A stretch of 64,000 nucleotides of DNA from Candidatus Epulonipiscium sp. GTDB lineage: Bacteria; Bacillota; Clostridia; Lachnospirales; JAAYNZ01. Made by a program: the position numbers and the translations under genes. A model generated the notes under the pieces. The model was given only the letters and a program-made list of their open reading frames with translations. It searched no databases and was not told the DNA's origin. Where the stretch lies: assembly GCA_012799415.1 (NCBI GenBank), contig JAAZLH010000356.1:9132-73131 (forward strand), written 5' to 3'. Position 1 is the first letter of the stretch. Every line of letters begins with the position of its first letter. This document shows positions 45,283 through 57,802 of this stretch, piece by piece.

Positions 45283-46224
45283 CTATTTTCCATGAGTAAT
45301 TCGTCGGATATCTCTCTTAGGCCGTCCTATTGTAATTTTTGGTACTACTTTTACATAGTAATAATTTTCTTCATCTTCAAACTGTACTTTCTCTGATCTA
45401 GAATAATCAACGACCCTATAGAAAAATTGGCATAACATAATCAATAGAACAGAAATAATGGTGGATAAAAATAACCCAATGATACTCATTTTAATATTCA
45501 TCACGAGCATAGCCATCATAAACCCTACAATATTTAAACTTCCTCCCACTGCTATAGAAATATACCAAGCAAAGTCCATATCCAACCGACTAATGGAGTA
45601 GACTACAGCAATAATCAAAGAAAAAATAATAATTGTAACAATGAGATGCCCATTTTGGGTCAAGCTCCCAATACCTGTTATATATACTTTTTGAAGTGTT
45701 TCAGGAATGTTAAGTAAATCTCCACCAGATTGGAATTCTAATAGGTTGGGCATTTCAAAACTAAAATACCAAATCACTACACCTATTGCCATTGGAATAA
45801 TGGAAGGAATTCCAATAAACACCCCTGCAAATAAAGGCACTACATAGGGAATTTTAAAATAAAAACACAAAGGTACAGCAAGTATAATTAAACTTAAATC
45901 TGGGAAAAGACGTATGTACATCATATAAATTATAAGCAGAACTGAAACAATGAGTAAAGCTGCCTCTATAGAAGCAAAAAACATTTGAGTTCCGATCAGT
46001 AATAATATCAATAAAAACCACCATTGTACTGGCACAATGACAGATATGATAGATAGCACAATAACAACTAAAATATGATTTACTGTCTTAAAATAATTTA
46101 GGAATTGATTAATACGATAGAATATAAAAAAAGCAAGACTAAACTTAAATAAAGTCAATAAGATTCGCTCATGTTTTTTATAAAAGACGATTATTAATTC
46201 TCTTAATTGATATATCTGTTCCAT
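45283..46224 (-). CDS. Polytopic membrane protein, unknown function
   Basis: 313 aa with about 8 TM segments and a basic C-terminal tail. The start is uncertain because the ATG at 46224 overlaps the upstream gene by 47 nt. Confidence 0.6.
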   Translation of the reverse strand: MEQIYQLRELIIVFYKKHERILLTLFKFSLAFFIFYRINQFLNYFKTVNHILVVIVLSIISVIVPVQWWFLLILLLIGTQMFFASIEAALLIVSVLLIIYMMYIRLFPDLSLIILAVPLCFYFKIPYVVPLFAGVFIGIPSIIPMAIGVVIWYFSFEMPNLLEFQSGGDLLNIPETLQKVYITGIGSLTQNGHLIVTIIIFSLIIAVVYSISRLDMDFAWYISIAVGGSLNIVGFMMAMLVMNIKMSIIGLFLSTIISVLLIMLCQFFYRVVDYSRSEKVQFEDEENYYYVKVVPKITIGRPKRDIRRITHGK

Positions 46225-46639
46225 GGCTTTCTTCTAGCTCCTTCTCTGCCTTCTCTATGCTTTGGTATTTTTCCAGCTCTTCTATAAGTTGGAAATATTG
46301 TTTCATTCGTCTTTGAGATTGATAATATTTCCTTGTATATATATAGGTAGAAATCAATGTATATAGAGCTAGGTTGAAAACTATGAAAATACCTATTTTA
46401 ATAGCAAAGGACTTATAATCTAGTTCCACAATGGAAACCCCTTTGATAAATACTAAATCAAATAAATACCAACCAATAATAATCAGACAACCAATAGTAA
46501 CAGTAAGGCGTGTCCACCAATTATTCATATAAACATAATCTGATTGGTAGTAATTATGGATCTGACGATCTTTTTTTCCTTCATATTGGTCATAAATAGC
46601 TAACCTTGTCATCAATCGAATTTTCTTCTCATCAATCAA
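46178..46639 (-). CDS. Small membrane protein, unknown function
   Basis: 153 aa with two TM segments and a charged C-terminal helix (EELEKYQSIEKAEKELEE). Confidence 0.6.
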   Translation of the reverse strand: MIDEKKIRLMTRLAIYDQYEGKKDRQIHNYYQSDYVYMNNWWTRLTVTIGCLIIIGWYLFDLVFIKGVSIVELDYKSFAIKIGIFIVFNLALYTLISTYIYTRKYYQSQRRMKQYFQLIEELEKYQSIEKAEKELEESHGTDISIKRINNRLL

Positions 46640-46692
46640 GGCATCACATCCTTTTTATGAGTTTTATTATACTCAGTCTAAATGGACGAATA

Positions 46693-47922
46693 CTACTTAG
46701 GTAATAGCCCATCCTTTGAATACTTATTGCCAGCATTCCATAAAATCCATTCTTCTAGCCCTGCATCATAAGCCCCTTGAATCTGATCTCTTATTTGTTT
46801 TCCACCATAAACTTGGTAATTAGGGGCCTTTAAATAGCTAGCTGTAAATGCTTGTAACCAAGGACGTACAACAGCTCTATTTTCCCCTTCTGGAATTTGG
46901 CTTAACTTTTCCTCCGATGCCATCATAGATTGATAAAGAATTTCGTAAGGATACCAATCTGGATGTCGATCTCGAATATTAAAAGCACCTATAAAATAAT
47001 GAGAGGGATAAACCATAGGACAAATATAGTCTAGATGTTTGGACATTTCTACATAATCTTGCCCCACAATATCTGCATCTATTTTGCTTGTAATAATGGT
47101 CCCATAAACATCGGCAGAAACAAAAACACCTAAGGGCTTTAACTGCTCTACAGCATACTCCGTAAACTCAGTAATTATTTGTACCTTGTCTTTCCCTTCT
47201 GCTAAGGGTCCATAGTCTACTTTATCAATTCCTTTTGCCGTAGAAAAACGAATATAATCAAATTGAATTTCTTTAAACCCTACTCTAGCCGCATCTTTGG
47301 CAATTTCGATGATATAATCCCATACTTCTTTATGATAAGGGTTAACCCAGGCTGACCCCTTTGTACCTTTTTCCCTAAATACGGTACCATCTGGGTTTTT
47401 CAGCGCAAGATCTGGCCGTTTTTCAGGCAAATATGGATCCTTAAAGGCCACAATTCGTGCAATAGGAAAAATATTGTTTTCTCGTAACTCCTCCATCAAA
47501 CCATAAATATCACGAATCGCATTGGTACCTGCACCAATACTTTTTGCTATAGGTGCTTCTGTTTGATAAGTAATGACACCATCATCACTTTTCACATCAA
47601 TGACCATAGCATTTAATTCTGTTTCATTGACGAGCTGGATCAGATTTTCCATATACCTACGATCTCCTGCTGTCCACCCACTTACATAAATACCTTTCAC
47701 CTTAATAGGCTCTATATAAGTGGCATAACTAGCACTAGGTTGTTCCATGTACTCTGTTAAAACCAAAGAAAAGTCAAGATTTTGTTGTTCTATCTTCTCT
47801 TGGCTATCTTCTGCTACAAATTCTTCTTTTGGTAAAAACCTATAGGCTCCTACAACAATAAGTCCTAGGAGAAAGCAACCTATAAATCCTCCTATAATTC
47901 TTTGCTTGTGTTTTTTTGTCAT
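46693..47922 (-). CDS. DUF4015-type putative glycoside hydrolase, membrane-anchored
   Basis: 409 aa. N-terminal TM, then VKGIYVSGWTAG...LNAMVIDVKSDDG and FDYIRF, which resemble the DUF4015 TIM-barrel-like family. Confidence 0.65.
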   Translation of the reverse strand: MTKKHKQRIIGGFIGCFLLGLIVVGAYRFLPKEEFVAEDSQEKIEQQNLDFSLVLTEYMEQPSASYATYIEPIKVKGIYVSGWTAGDRRYMENLIQLVNETELNAMVIDVKSDDGVITYQTEAPIAKSIGAGTNAIRDIYGLMEELRENNIFPIARIVAFKDPYLPEKRPDLALKNPDGTVFREKGTKGSAWVNPYHKEVWDYIIEIAKDAARVGFKEIQFDYIRFSTAKGIDKVDYGPLAEGKDKVQIITEFTEYAVEQLKPLGVFVSADVYGTIITSKIDADIVGQDYVEMSKHLDYICPMVYPSHYFIGAFNIRDRHPDWYPYEILYQSMMASEEKLSQIPEGENRAVVRPWLQAFTASYLKAPNYQVYGGKQIRDQIQGAYDAGLEEWILWNAGNKYSKDGLLPK

Positions 47923-48073
47923 TTACAATCCACCTTTATTAAGATTGCTCCCTGTCAAAACCATACTTTTAAATATACTTTTTTAATTATATCATATATC
48001 ACTATTTATTTCGACATATTTAAAATAAATTTATGTATTTTTTACTTCTTACCTATAGTATATCCAAAATAAT

Positions 48074-48105
48074 AAAAATCCCACAGTATCTGTGGGATTT
48101 TTTTA
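48074..48105 (-). terminator. Terminator of greA-lysS
   Basis: ATCCCACAG/CTGTGGGAT stem followed by UUUUAUU. Confidence 0.9.
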
Positions 48106-48108
48106 CAA

Positions 48109-49620
<1,512 letters not shown>

Positions 49621-49649
49621 CTAAATTCCTCCTTTTTGAATAATTATTC

Positions 49650-50129
49650 CTATTGTCTGCTAATTTCAATGACTTTAAATTGAATAATTCCTTCCGGCAC
49701 TTGAATATCTACAATATCTCCTTCTTGCTTGCCTAATAACGCTGCACCTACAGGTGATTCATTGGATAATCTTCCCCTTACTGGATCTGCTTCTGTAGAT
49801 CCTACAATAGCATATACAACCTCTTCATCAAATTCCATATCATGCAAAGTCACCTTACATCCGATATTAATTCGATCCACATCAACTTCTTCTTCATCTA
49901 TTACAGTTGCATTTCTTAATATTTTTTCTAACTCTGCTATTCTTGTTTCTACTTCCGCCTGCTCATCTTTAGCTGCATCATATTCCGCATTTTCTGAAAG
50001 ATCCCCCTGAGCCCTTGCCTCTTTAATTTGCTCTGCGATCTCTTTTCGTCTAACAATCTTTAACTCATCTAACTCCTCTTCTAACTTTTTCAACCCTTCA
50101 TAGGTCAATACTACTTTTTTCTCTGTCAT
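49650..50129 (-). CDS. greA: Transcription elongation factor GreA
   Basis: 159 aa. Coiled-coil with the DLSENAEY acidic tip and a C-terminal FKBP-like domain. Confidence 0.96.
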   Translation of the reverse strand: MTEKKVVLTYEGLKKLEEELDELKIVRRKEIAEQIKEARAQGDLSENAEYDAAKDEQAEVETRIAELEKILRNATVIDEEEVDVDRINIGCKVTLHDMEFDEEVVYAIVGSTEADPVRGRLSNESPVGAALLGKQEGDIVDIQVPEGIIQFKVIEISRQ

Positions 50130-50290
50130 ATTGAACTCCCTTTCTCTCTATCTTTCTCTCTATATAGATGTACAACTTCTTAAGTGAACTTTTCCATAGT
50201 TAATGCCTATATTGGCTAGAACTAGAGCTTTTAAACCACCGTAAATTGTACCTATATTTATATTTATTTATATATATAGATAAATAATTT

Positions 50291-50375
50291 CATAAGCTAG
50301 ACTCCATTCAGAAGGAACTTTAACTCCCTCTGAACACGAAGGTCACCACATGTCCTTGTAGTATGTCATTGCAAA
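50291..50375 (-). repeat. Family-1 structured element, copy D (inside the long greA leader; lacks the GTGCC hairpin)
   Basis: The minus strand reads TTGCAATGACATACTACAAGGACATGTGGTGACCTTCGTGTTCAGAGGGAGTTAAAGTTCCTTCTGAATGGAGTCTAGCTTATG. Confidence 0.8.
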
Positions 50376-50409
50376 GATCATGTAATTTTATCATGCCCAT
50401 TTTTTTAGC

Positions 50410-50438
50410 ATTATAGCGTACCTACTAAAAGATGTCAA
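50410..50438 (-). promoter_or_regulatory. Consensus sigma-A promoter driving the greA-lysS leader
   Basis: The minus strand reads TTGACA-17 nt-TATAAT, an exact consensus. It overlaps the stop of the upstream ORF and implies a leader of about 270 nt. Confidence 0.75.
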
Positions 50439-51399
50439 TACATCTTTTAGTAGGAGTATCTCTAAGATCTTTACCATATTGATGGAATGAGCAAACTTCC
50501 ATATTGTTCCGTTTAATATAAGACATTAATCTTGATAAGTCTTTAGGATCATATCCATACAATAAATGATGTCTAAAAGTAGGATCTTGACTAAACCAAA
50601 TAAGTTCTAGTAACTTTGTAGAAAATTCCTGTTCTTGATATAATAAAGATAGATCATCAATGACTATAATATCATTCCGGTTTAGCAATATTTTTTTTGT
50701 ATGTTCTCTCGAACCACTATAGTCAAAATAAACCGTTCCTTTTTTGCAAAAATAAAAGCTAGTATCATCTGGCTCAAGGTTAATAATCACATCTTCATGA
50801 ATCACTCGATTGTATTTCTTCTCTACAAAATTAACTAATAACCCAACTTCCTCATAAATTTGTTCACCTTTTTTTAAAAAGGTGTCTGGTTTCTCCGTCA
50901 TCAATGTTAAAAAATTAAAATGAGGATAAATCAGGTCCAAAATAAGATTTGTTCTTTTATTAGGACCTCCGATAACACATATTTCTAGTGATTCTAAAGG
51001 CTTAGAAATGATAGGCAATATTTTCAATATGGCTGGTAAAATGAAAAAAAGAATCATTTCTTGTCCCTGAACAACAGGAATATTCAATTGTTCTTGATCT
51101 AGCCATGGCTGCTCCCAAGCCATAACCTCTACTTCATACTTTTGTAATTGTACCATTAGTTTTGTAAGCAGTCTAGCTCTACTTACCATCTCATTCTTGA
51201 TAATATCTTCCAATATACCCGGAATCTGTACTTCATAACCTATAACATCAGCTATTTCTATTTCTTGCAAAAATATAGGTTGCCTTTTTTTAATATAATA
51301 ATTTTGAGCCTTTAACAAAAATTGATTCTTCCAAGATGATGAGCTTTCTTCTATTATCTTATGAAATGTAATATAGGCAAATTTTTTGCCCATTCCCAC
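50425..51399 (-). CDS. Hypothetical protein, no family recognised
   Basis: 324 aa and soluble. The only hint is a possible nucleotide-binding-like stretch, ICVIGGPNKRTNLILDLI. Confidence 0.5.
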   Translation of the reverse strand: MGMGKKFAYITFHKIIEESSSSWKNQFLLKAQNYYIKKRQPIFLQEIEIADVIGYEVQIPGILEDIIKNEMVSRARLLTKLMVQLQKYEVEVMAWEQPWLDQEQLNIPVVQGQEMILFFILPAILKILPIISKPLESLEICVIGGPNKRTNLILDLIYPHFNFLTLMTEKPDTFLKKGEQIYEEVGLLVNFVEKKYNRVIHEDVIINLEPDDTSFYFCKKGTVYFDYSGSREHTKKILLNRNDIIVIDDLSLLYQEQEFSTKLLELIWFSQDPTFRHHLLYGYDPKDLSRLMSYIKRNNMEVCSFHQYGKDLRDTPTKRCIDIF

Positions 51400-51432
51400 C
51401 CCTCCATAGAAATTCTTTATTTATTTCTATAT

Positions 51433-52410
51433 CTATATTGGAGAAATGGAATAATTATTCAAGTATTCGAACATGATGTTTTCTAATTCCTCATAACTTT
51501 CAATATGGTTGATTCTTTGTCGAAGTGCTGAAGTATTTTTAAGTCCTTTAGTATACCAAATCATATGCTTTCTTGCTTCACGAATTCCTTGATACTCCCC
51601 TTTATACATCATTAAAGCTTTACTATGACGCAAAGCCACTGCTATCTTTTCTTCTATTGTTGGTTCTGGTAATAATTCTCCCGTCTTCAAATAGTGGGAA
51701 GTTCTATTAAAAATCCAAGGATTCCCTTGAGCTGCTCGTCCAATCATAACTCCATCACAATGTGTTTCTTCTATCATTCGTTTTGCATCCTCAGGCTTTT
51801 CAATATCTCCATTACCAATAACAGGAATATGGATAGCTTCTTTTACTTGCCGAATGATATCCCAATCTGCTCTTCCACTATAAAATTGACTTCGAGTTCT
51901 TCCATGAATAGTGAGAGCACTTGCTCCATTCTGTTCTATGATCTTGGCCACTTCTACTGCATTAACATTGCCTTGATCAAAACCTTTTCGGATTTTTACA
52001 GTAAGAGGCTTTTGAATTTTTTTTGTAATAGTACCTACAATTTTTCCTACCAATGTAGGATTTAACATCAATGCAGATCCTTCACCATTTTTCGTGATTT
52101 TTGGTGCAGGGCATCCCATATTTAAATCAATAAAATCAATTGGATATTGTTCTACCTTTTGTGCCATATCTGCTAGTATATCTGGATCAGATCCAAAAAG
52201 TTGAACACCAATCGGATGCTCTACTTGATCCACCTCTAATAAAAATTGAGTTTTTTCATTTTCATACAAAAGACCTTTTGCACTGATCATTTCTGTGTAC
52301 AAAAGTCCACAACCCATTTCTTTACATAATAAACGAAAAGGAAGGTCTGTAATGCCAGCCATAGGAGCCAAGGCAACTGGGTTTCGAATTGTAAGTTCTC
52401 CTATTTTCAT
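51433..52410 (-). CDS. dusB: tRNA-dihydrouridine synthase
   Basis: LAPMAGITD, MGCP and HGRTR motifs. Preferred start MKIGELT (52410), 5 nt after AGGGAGA. The track start is 52437. Confidence 0.93.
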   Translation of the reverse strand: MKIGELTIRNPVALAPMAGITDLPFRLLCKEMGCGLLYTEMISAKGLLYENEKTQFLLEVDQVEHPIGVQLFGSDPDILADMAQKVEQYPIDFIDLNMGCPAPKITKNGEGSALMLNPTLVGKIVGTITKKIQKPLTVKIRKGFDQGNVNAVEVAKIIEQNGASALTIHGRTRSQFYSGRADWDIIRQVKEAIHIPVIGNGDIEKPEDAKRMIEETHCDGVMIGRAAQGNPWIFNRTSHYLKTGELLPEPTIEEKIAVALRHSKALMMYKGEYQGIREARKHMIWYTKGLKNTSALRQRINHIESYEELENIMFEYLNNYSISPI

Positions 52411-52420
52411 TTCTATCTCC

Positions 52421-53188
52421 CTATTTATTTTTCTCATAAATAATCCGAAGTCCTTCTAATGTTAAATGTGAATTAATTTCTGTAAACAAACTACCATCAT
52501 CATCTAATACACGTGCTAGTCCACCGGTACTTATTACTTTTATAGTAGGTTCTTGCATTTCTTCTCGTATAGTATCTACGATATACTTCACTTCACCCAT
52601 AGCACCATAGACTAAGCCTGCCTGAATGCTATCTACAGTATTTTTTGAAATAATATTTTTAGGTTTTTTGATAGCAACCCGTGGCAATTGAGCAGCCCTT
52701 TGATACAGGGCATCTGCACAAATACGCAACCCTGGCGCTGTCACCCCACCAATGTATGCACCTTCTCTTGAAATAACATCATAAGTCGTCGCTGTACCAA
52801 AATCAATAACAATAGCAGGTGCCCCATAGAGCTCTATGGCTGCTACTACATTAACCAGTCGATCCGCACCTAACTGTTTTGGATTTTCAATTAAAATATT
52901 AACACCTGTTTTAATACCAGGCCCGACTATTAAAGGATCTATCTGAACATATTTTTTAATAGCGTTAATTAAGGAATGATTCACATCAGGTACAACAGAT
53001 GAAATGATAACATGTTCTAATGCATTAATATCTATTTTTCGTTGCTGTAATAATTGATATATAAACATTCCTGTTTCATCTGATGTTTGATTTAAAGCAG
53101 TAGTCATTCTCCAGCTAGTTAGCAATTCTTTGTCATCGTAAACTCCTAAAACAATATTTGTATTCCCTACATCAATCACTAATAACAT
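52421..53188 (-). CDS. coaX: Type III pantothenate kinase
   Basis: 255 aa. N-terminal LLVIDVGNTN and the DFGTATT motif. Confidence 0.95.
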   Translation of the reverse strand: MLLVIDVGNTNIVLGVYDDKELLTSWRMTTALNQTSDETGMFIYQLLQQRKIDINALEHVIISSVVPDVNHSLINAIKKYVQIDPLIVGPGIKTGVNILIENPKQLGADRLVNVVAAIELYGAPAIVIDFGTATTYDVISREGAYIGGVTAPGLRICADALYQRAAQLPRVAIKKPKNIISKNTVDSIQAGLVYGAMGEVKYIVDTIREEMQEPTIKVISTGGLARVLDDDGSLFTEINSHLTLEGLRIIYEKNK

Positions 53189-53300
53189 CTTTCTCCTCCT
53201 CTTCTGCCCTATATGGAAAAGCAGACACAGTGTGTCTGCTTTATTTTTACCCTTCTATTGCTTTCTATCCACTATTCGATAGATCTATAGTTGCTATTAT

Positions 53301-53330
53301 ACAAAAAAAAAACCATTATAGCAATGGTTT
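53301..53330 (-). terminator. Terminator of the MCP genes
   Basis: AACCATT/AATGGTT stem followed by a U10 run, starting right after the stop codon. Confidence 0.85.
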
Positions 53331-55454
53331 TTACATTTTAAATCGATCCATGACCTGCGTTAATGTATCTACAGTCCCTTTTAATTGATCTGCTAAATTT
53401 GCCAATTGTTCTGCGGCAGCTACTTGTTCTTCTCCGGAAGCCGTCACTTGTTCTGTGGACGCCGCTGACTCTTCAGCAATAGCAGCAATACTTTGGATAG
53501 CTTCAATGGTATTTTCTTTAATTTCGTCAACCCCATCAATGGACTGATTTACATTAACTACTTGAACCATGATTTCATCCATATCATTTATAATCTCTTT
53601 AAATATTTTTTCTGTTTGATTTACTGCCTCTACTTGCTGTTGATAAATTTTATCTCCTTGGGCTACAATGGCAACAGTGTCTTTAATCTCTTTTTGAATA
53701 CCCTGTACCATTCCCCCTATCATTTGAGTTGATCCTTTAGATTGGTCTGCTAATTTTCTAACTTGATCTGCAACAACTGCGAAACCTCGTCCTGCCTCTC
53801 CTGCACGAGCAGCTTCAATAGCTGCATTTAAAGAAAGTAAATTTGTTTGTTCACTAATGGCTTCAATGGCTTTCACAACCTGTACAATTTCTTTTGTTTG
53901 CTGCTCTAACGCCTCAATATCGACTTGCATTTTTTCTGACATTGTAATAGATTGTTGGGTTTTTTGACTAAGCAATTCGATTGTTCCTGTTGCCTCATTG
54001 CTAATCAACTGAGTTTGTTTCGTTACTTCTGTCACAATATCCATGGTTTCTGTCATATGATTAATTTCTTCTGCTAGTTGATTGATTGCATAAGTAGTGG
54101 TTTCCGCATCCTTTGCCTGGTCCATGGCACCTGCTGCAATGGCTTCTACAGCACTGGCTACTTGTCTAGATACTGTAGCTGTTTCTAAAGCTACTTGGTC
54201 TACTACATTAACATGCTGAATCACCTCTGTTAAGGCTTCTCTAGTTTGAATAATCAAATCTTTAATATTCCCAATCATCGTATTAAAACTACGAGAAAGA
54301 GCTCCCATTTCATTTTCGCCCTTGTAATCATAATGTACAATAAGGTCGCCTTCTTCTGCCCGTCCCATCAGCCTCATCATAGATTTTACAGGGCTAGAAA
54401 TACTATGAGTAATGGTAAAAGCAATTAAAATTGCAACAATAAAACTAATTACACCAAGGATAATGATCATCTGCCGTACTTGGTTAGTAGCTCCTACGAT
54501 AGCATCATCTGTGGGAATGTGAGTGACAATCTTCCATCCATTGTTTAGGGTTTGGTAACATATCAATTGATCTGTCTGACTAATTCGTCCCTCTTTTTCT
54601 TGATATATCATATCAAGATCATAATTCACATCTAGGGATTGTCCCATCTGTTCTTTATCTATATGGGCTACCACATCCCCATTAGAATCTAACGCAAATA
54701 CTTCTACCCCTTCCCCTAAATCAAGTCCTGTAAAAATATCCTGTAACCACTTAGATGATATATTTAATATCAGATAGCCAATATCTTGATTTGTAGATAT
54801 ATTCTTTATCTTTCTCATTAAATAAAATTCATTATATTTATCATTAATGCCTGTAACCCACACAACTCGACCTTGTGATTTGATTAGTTCTTCAAAATAA
54901 GGACCTTTCTCAAAATTACCACGAACAAAGTCTGTATACTGTAAGTTGTTATTGCTTCCATACATCCAAATTTCTTCTGGTGACTTGTAAAAAGTAGCAC
55001 CAACTATGTGGGAATCCATCATAATGTTCTGATTAAAAAAATCATCTACTTTTTTTCTGTTCTGCAAGTATTCATGAGTCCCCCTAGCCCGTGATTCTCC
55101 TTGGGCCAAAATTCCAGTAATCTCACTATTCATAAATAAAGTCATACTAAGCTGTTCAATTTGATTAAAGTGCTTATTGACTGATAACTGCATCTGTCGT
55201 AACAGTTCATTAGAAAATTGAGTTGATTGCTGCTCTATTGTTTGAAAAGATCCTTGAAAAGACATGATCCCTACAGTAACAATAGGTAGAATACTTAAAA
55301 TCAGAAAGGCACTAATCAACTTAATCCCAATACCCACTTTACTTCTTATCATTTTCCCCTGTTTTATCTGCACTTTCTTTTTTTCTCTAAGACGAAGAAA
55401 GCTTTCTTTCAACTTACTCAAAAAGGATGTATACCATTTTTTGAATTTCCCCAT
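53331..55454 (-). CDS. Methyl-accepting chemotaxis protein (Cache-like sensor, HAMP)
   Basis: Two TM segments flank an extracellular domain of about 280 aa. HAMP domain and the conserved signalling hairpin [35 protein letters not shown]. Start at MGKFKK (55454), 5 nt after AAGGAGGG. Confidence 0.92.
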   Translation of the reverse strand: MGKFKKWYTSFLSKLKESFLRLREKKKVQIKQGKMIRSKVGIGIKLISAFLILSILPIVTVGIMSFQGSFQTIEQQSTQFSNELLRQMQLSVNKHFNQIEQLSMTLFMNSEITGILAQGESRARGTHEYLQNRKKVDDFFNQNIMMDSHIVGATFYKSPEEIWMYGSNNNLQYTDFVRGNFEKGPYFEELIKSQGRVVWVTGINDKYNEFYLMRKIKNISTNQDIGYLILNISSKWLQDIFTGLDLGEGVEVFALDSNGDVVAHIDKEQMGQSLDVNYDLDMIYQEKEGRISQTDQLICYQTLNNGWKIVTHIPTDDAIVGATNQVRQMIIILGVISFIVAILIAFTITHSISSPVKSMMRLMGRAEEGDLIVHYDYKGENEMGALSRSFNTMIGNIKDLIIQTREALTEVIQHVNVVDQVALETATVSRQVASAVEAIAAGAMDQAKDAETTTYAINQLAEEINHMTETMDIVTEVTKQTQLISNEATGTIELLSQKTQQSITMSEKMQVDIEALEQQTKEIVQVVKAIEAISEQTNLLSLNAAIEAARAGEAGRGFAVVADQVRKLADQSKGSTQMIGGMVQGIQKEIKDTVAIVAQGDKIYQQQVEAVNQTEKIFKEIINDMDEIMVQVVNVNQSIDGVDEIKENTIEAIQSIAAIAEESAASTEQVTASGEEQVAAAEQLANLADQLKGTVDTLTQVMDRFKM

Positions 55455-55504
55455 TATTTCCCTCCTTATTTTCTCAAAAATAGTCTGATTCAATATTTCT
55501 CAGC

Positions 55505-57712
55505 CTACACTGTAAAATGAGAAATGGAAACATTCATTTTTTCTACAATTTCTGTCAATTGGTGAGATAAATCAGCTAACTGCTCTGCTGATGCTACTTG
55601 TTCCTCACTAGAAGCAGTAACTTCCTCCGTAGAAGCTGCAGATTGTTCTGCAACGGCCGCAATATTTGTCATAGAATCCATAGCAGCAATCTTCGCCTTT
55701 TCTACACTTTCCACTAATTGGCCTATTTTTTGAATATTATCCATAACGGTATCCATAGATGCCACAACCTGATGAAAAACTTCTCCAGTTTGATGAACTA
55801 TCTCTTCTTGTTCTTGGAAAACAACATGAGTTTCTTGTACTTGAGTAACCGTTCTCTCTGATTGCTCTTGTATCCTTTGAATAATTTGTGTAATAACCCC
55901 AGCAGACTCCTTAGATTGTGCTGCAAGCTTCCTAACTTCTTCTGCAACCACAGCAAATCCTCGTCCCGAATCCCCTGCACGGGCAGCTTCAATAGCTGCA
56001 TTTAAAGCCAGCAAACTTGTTTCTTCACTGATTTCTTCAATTACTTCTACAACCTGAATGATATCTTGTGCTTTCCTATGGAGTCCTTGAATACTTTCTC
56101 TAATCTCTTCAGACATCCCCATGGACTCATCTGTGGTCTTATTTAGTAATTCTACCATATTGCTAGCTTCATTCCCGGTTTCTTGAATATGGTCAGTGAC
56201 TTTCATTACAACTTGAATATGTTCAACCACACTATTAATTTTATTCGTTAATTGTTCTACCATTTGTACTGTTCCTTCAGCATCTTTGGCCTGTTCTAAA
56301 GCCCCAACAGCAACAACTTCTACAGCCCCAGATACTTGGTGAGAAACAGAGGTGGATTCTTCCGCCATCTTACTAATAATGCTCGTATCCTCTTGTACAG
56401 ATCCCGCAGCCATTTGAATTTGACCAACTAGCTGTTGAATATGAGTAATCATCTGATTAAAACTCTGTGATAAGCGCCCAACTTCTGTTTTTCCTATAAA
56501 TGCAGACAATGCTCGAAGATCTCCTTCTTCTGCTTTTTTCATATTGTCTTGAATATGTCTAATTGGGCCCGAAATACTTTTTGCAACTCCATTTGCAATG
56601 ATAACAGCTAATATTACAAAAATTAAAATGACTCCTATGATGCGATAAGCCAAGCCGTACAAAGATCCCATTAATGCACTTAAGGGCATATCAAGAATCA
56701 CATACCAATCATTGTCTGCTTGTTCATAAACAAGTATTTTGCCTTTTTGCTCTATGATTGCAGATGTATTTCCTTGTTCTTCTAATATCTGTTCTATATA
56801 TCTTGAGCGGTATAGATCCCCTTGTTTTGTATGGTGATTGTGGATTGCAATTGTTTGTTCTTGGTCCATAAAATATAAATCAACACCACGTTGAATATCT
56901 ATTTCATCAAAAACATGTTGAAATACATCTGGTTTTATGGTGAAAATGAGAACTCCTAAGTCCCTACCTGTTGTTGGAGAAGTAAGTTTTCTAAGTAAGT
57001 AAAAATTAGGGTCATCTTTTTCTAGACCTGGAATCCATAAGGGCCTCCCTCCTAGCTCTAAGACTTTTTGATATAGGTCCAAAGATTCAAAACCTTTATC
57101 ATCAAGAATATTCCTAAAAGCTATCGGTATTGTTCCATATATACGTTGTGTATCTTCGTTTTGATATAAGCTAATGGAATCTAAATATTCTGTTGTATAA
57201 AGAATTCGATTTAAAAATTCTTCTGTATCGCGAGTTGCCTCTATGTAATCATAAACTTGTTCATAACTTTCTTGTTTCTTCTCAAAATAATCCATGGTTT
57301 GTTTATTAATCATAATCCGTAATGATAAGTCATGCATCTCCCTAACAACCGTGTTTAGGTTATTAGTAGTTTGTGTTACTAACTCTCCTGAAAACTTTGT
57401 AACTTCCTCTGATATAATCTGATATGTTTTGGCAAAGGCCACACTTCCCAGTATGATAACAGGAATAATAATCAATGGTAAAAATGAGCTAAGGATCTTT
57501 TGCGTAATTGTCAAATTTCTAGCTGACATTTTTTTAATATCGAATCCTTTTAATTTACTCCCTATTTTTGATGGGAAACCTGATTTCATTTTTTCAACAT
57601 CTTTTTCTTTTGACTTTTTCATAAATTCCATCTTTAATTTCTTCCCAAACTTTTCCTTCGGCCTTTTCAATGTTTTTTTCTCCATTTTTTTACGAAAAGA
57701 AAGTTTTTTCAT
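55505..57712 (-). CDS. Methyl-accepting chemotaxis protein (Cache-like sensor, HAMP) with Lys-rich N-terminal extension
   Basis: 735 aa. The first 70 aa or so are Lys-rich, and the rest has the same architecture as the neighbouring MCP. Signalling hairpin [35 protein letters not shown]. Confidence 0.9.
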   Translation of the reverse strand: MKKLSFRKKMEKKTLKRPKEKFGKKLKMEFMKKSKEKDVEKMKSGFPSKIGSKLKGFDIKKMSARNLTITQKILSSFLPLIIIPVIILGSVAFAKTYQIISEEVTKFSGELVTQTTNNLNTVVREMHDLSLRIMINKQTMDYFEKKQESYEQVYDYIEATRDTEEFLNRILYTTEYLDSISLYQNEDTQRIYGTIPIAFRNILDDKGFESLDLYQKVLELGGRPLWIPGLEKDDPNFYLLRKLTSPTTGRDLGVLIFTIKPDVFQHVFDEIDIQRGVDLYFMDQEQTIAIHNHHTKQGDLYRSRYIEQILEEQGNTSAIIEQKGKILVYEQADNDWYVILDMPLSALMGSLYGLAYRIIGVILIFVILAVIIANGVAKSISGPIRHIQDNMKKAEEGDLRALSAFIGKTEVGRLSQSFNQMITHIQQLVGQIQMAAGSVQEDTSIISKMAEESTSVSHQVSGAVEVVAVGALEQAKDAEGTVQMVEQLTNKINSVVEHIQVVMKVTDHIQETGNEASNMVELLNKTTDESMGMSEEIRESIQGLHRKAQDIIQVVEVIEEISEETSLLALNAAIEAARAGDSGRGFAVVAEEVRKLAAQSKESAGVITQIIQRIQEQSERTVTQVQETHVVFQEQEEIVHQTGEVFHQVVASMDTVMDNIQKIGQLVESVEKAKIAAMDSMTNIAAVAEQSAASTEEVTASSEEQVASAEQLADLSHQLTEIVEKMNVSISHFTV

Positions 57713-57802
57713 GTCCTTCCCCCTTTACTTTTTTGTCTAAAAATAGCACCTTTTTAATTATAATCCACTTTCAAAAACTCGTCAAACAATTCAACCCTTA
57801 CT

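Noticed and set aside
49621-49649. T-box or other leader in front of lysS
   Set aside because: Only 29 nt separate greA and lysS, so the genes are evidently co-transcribed.
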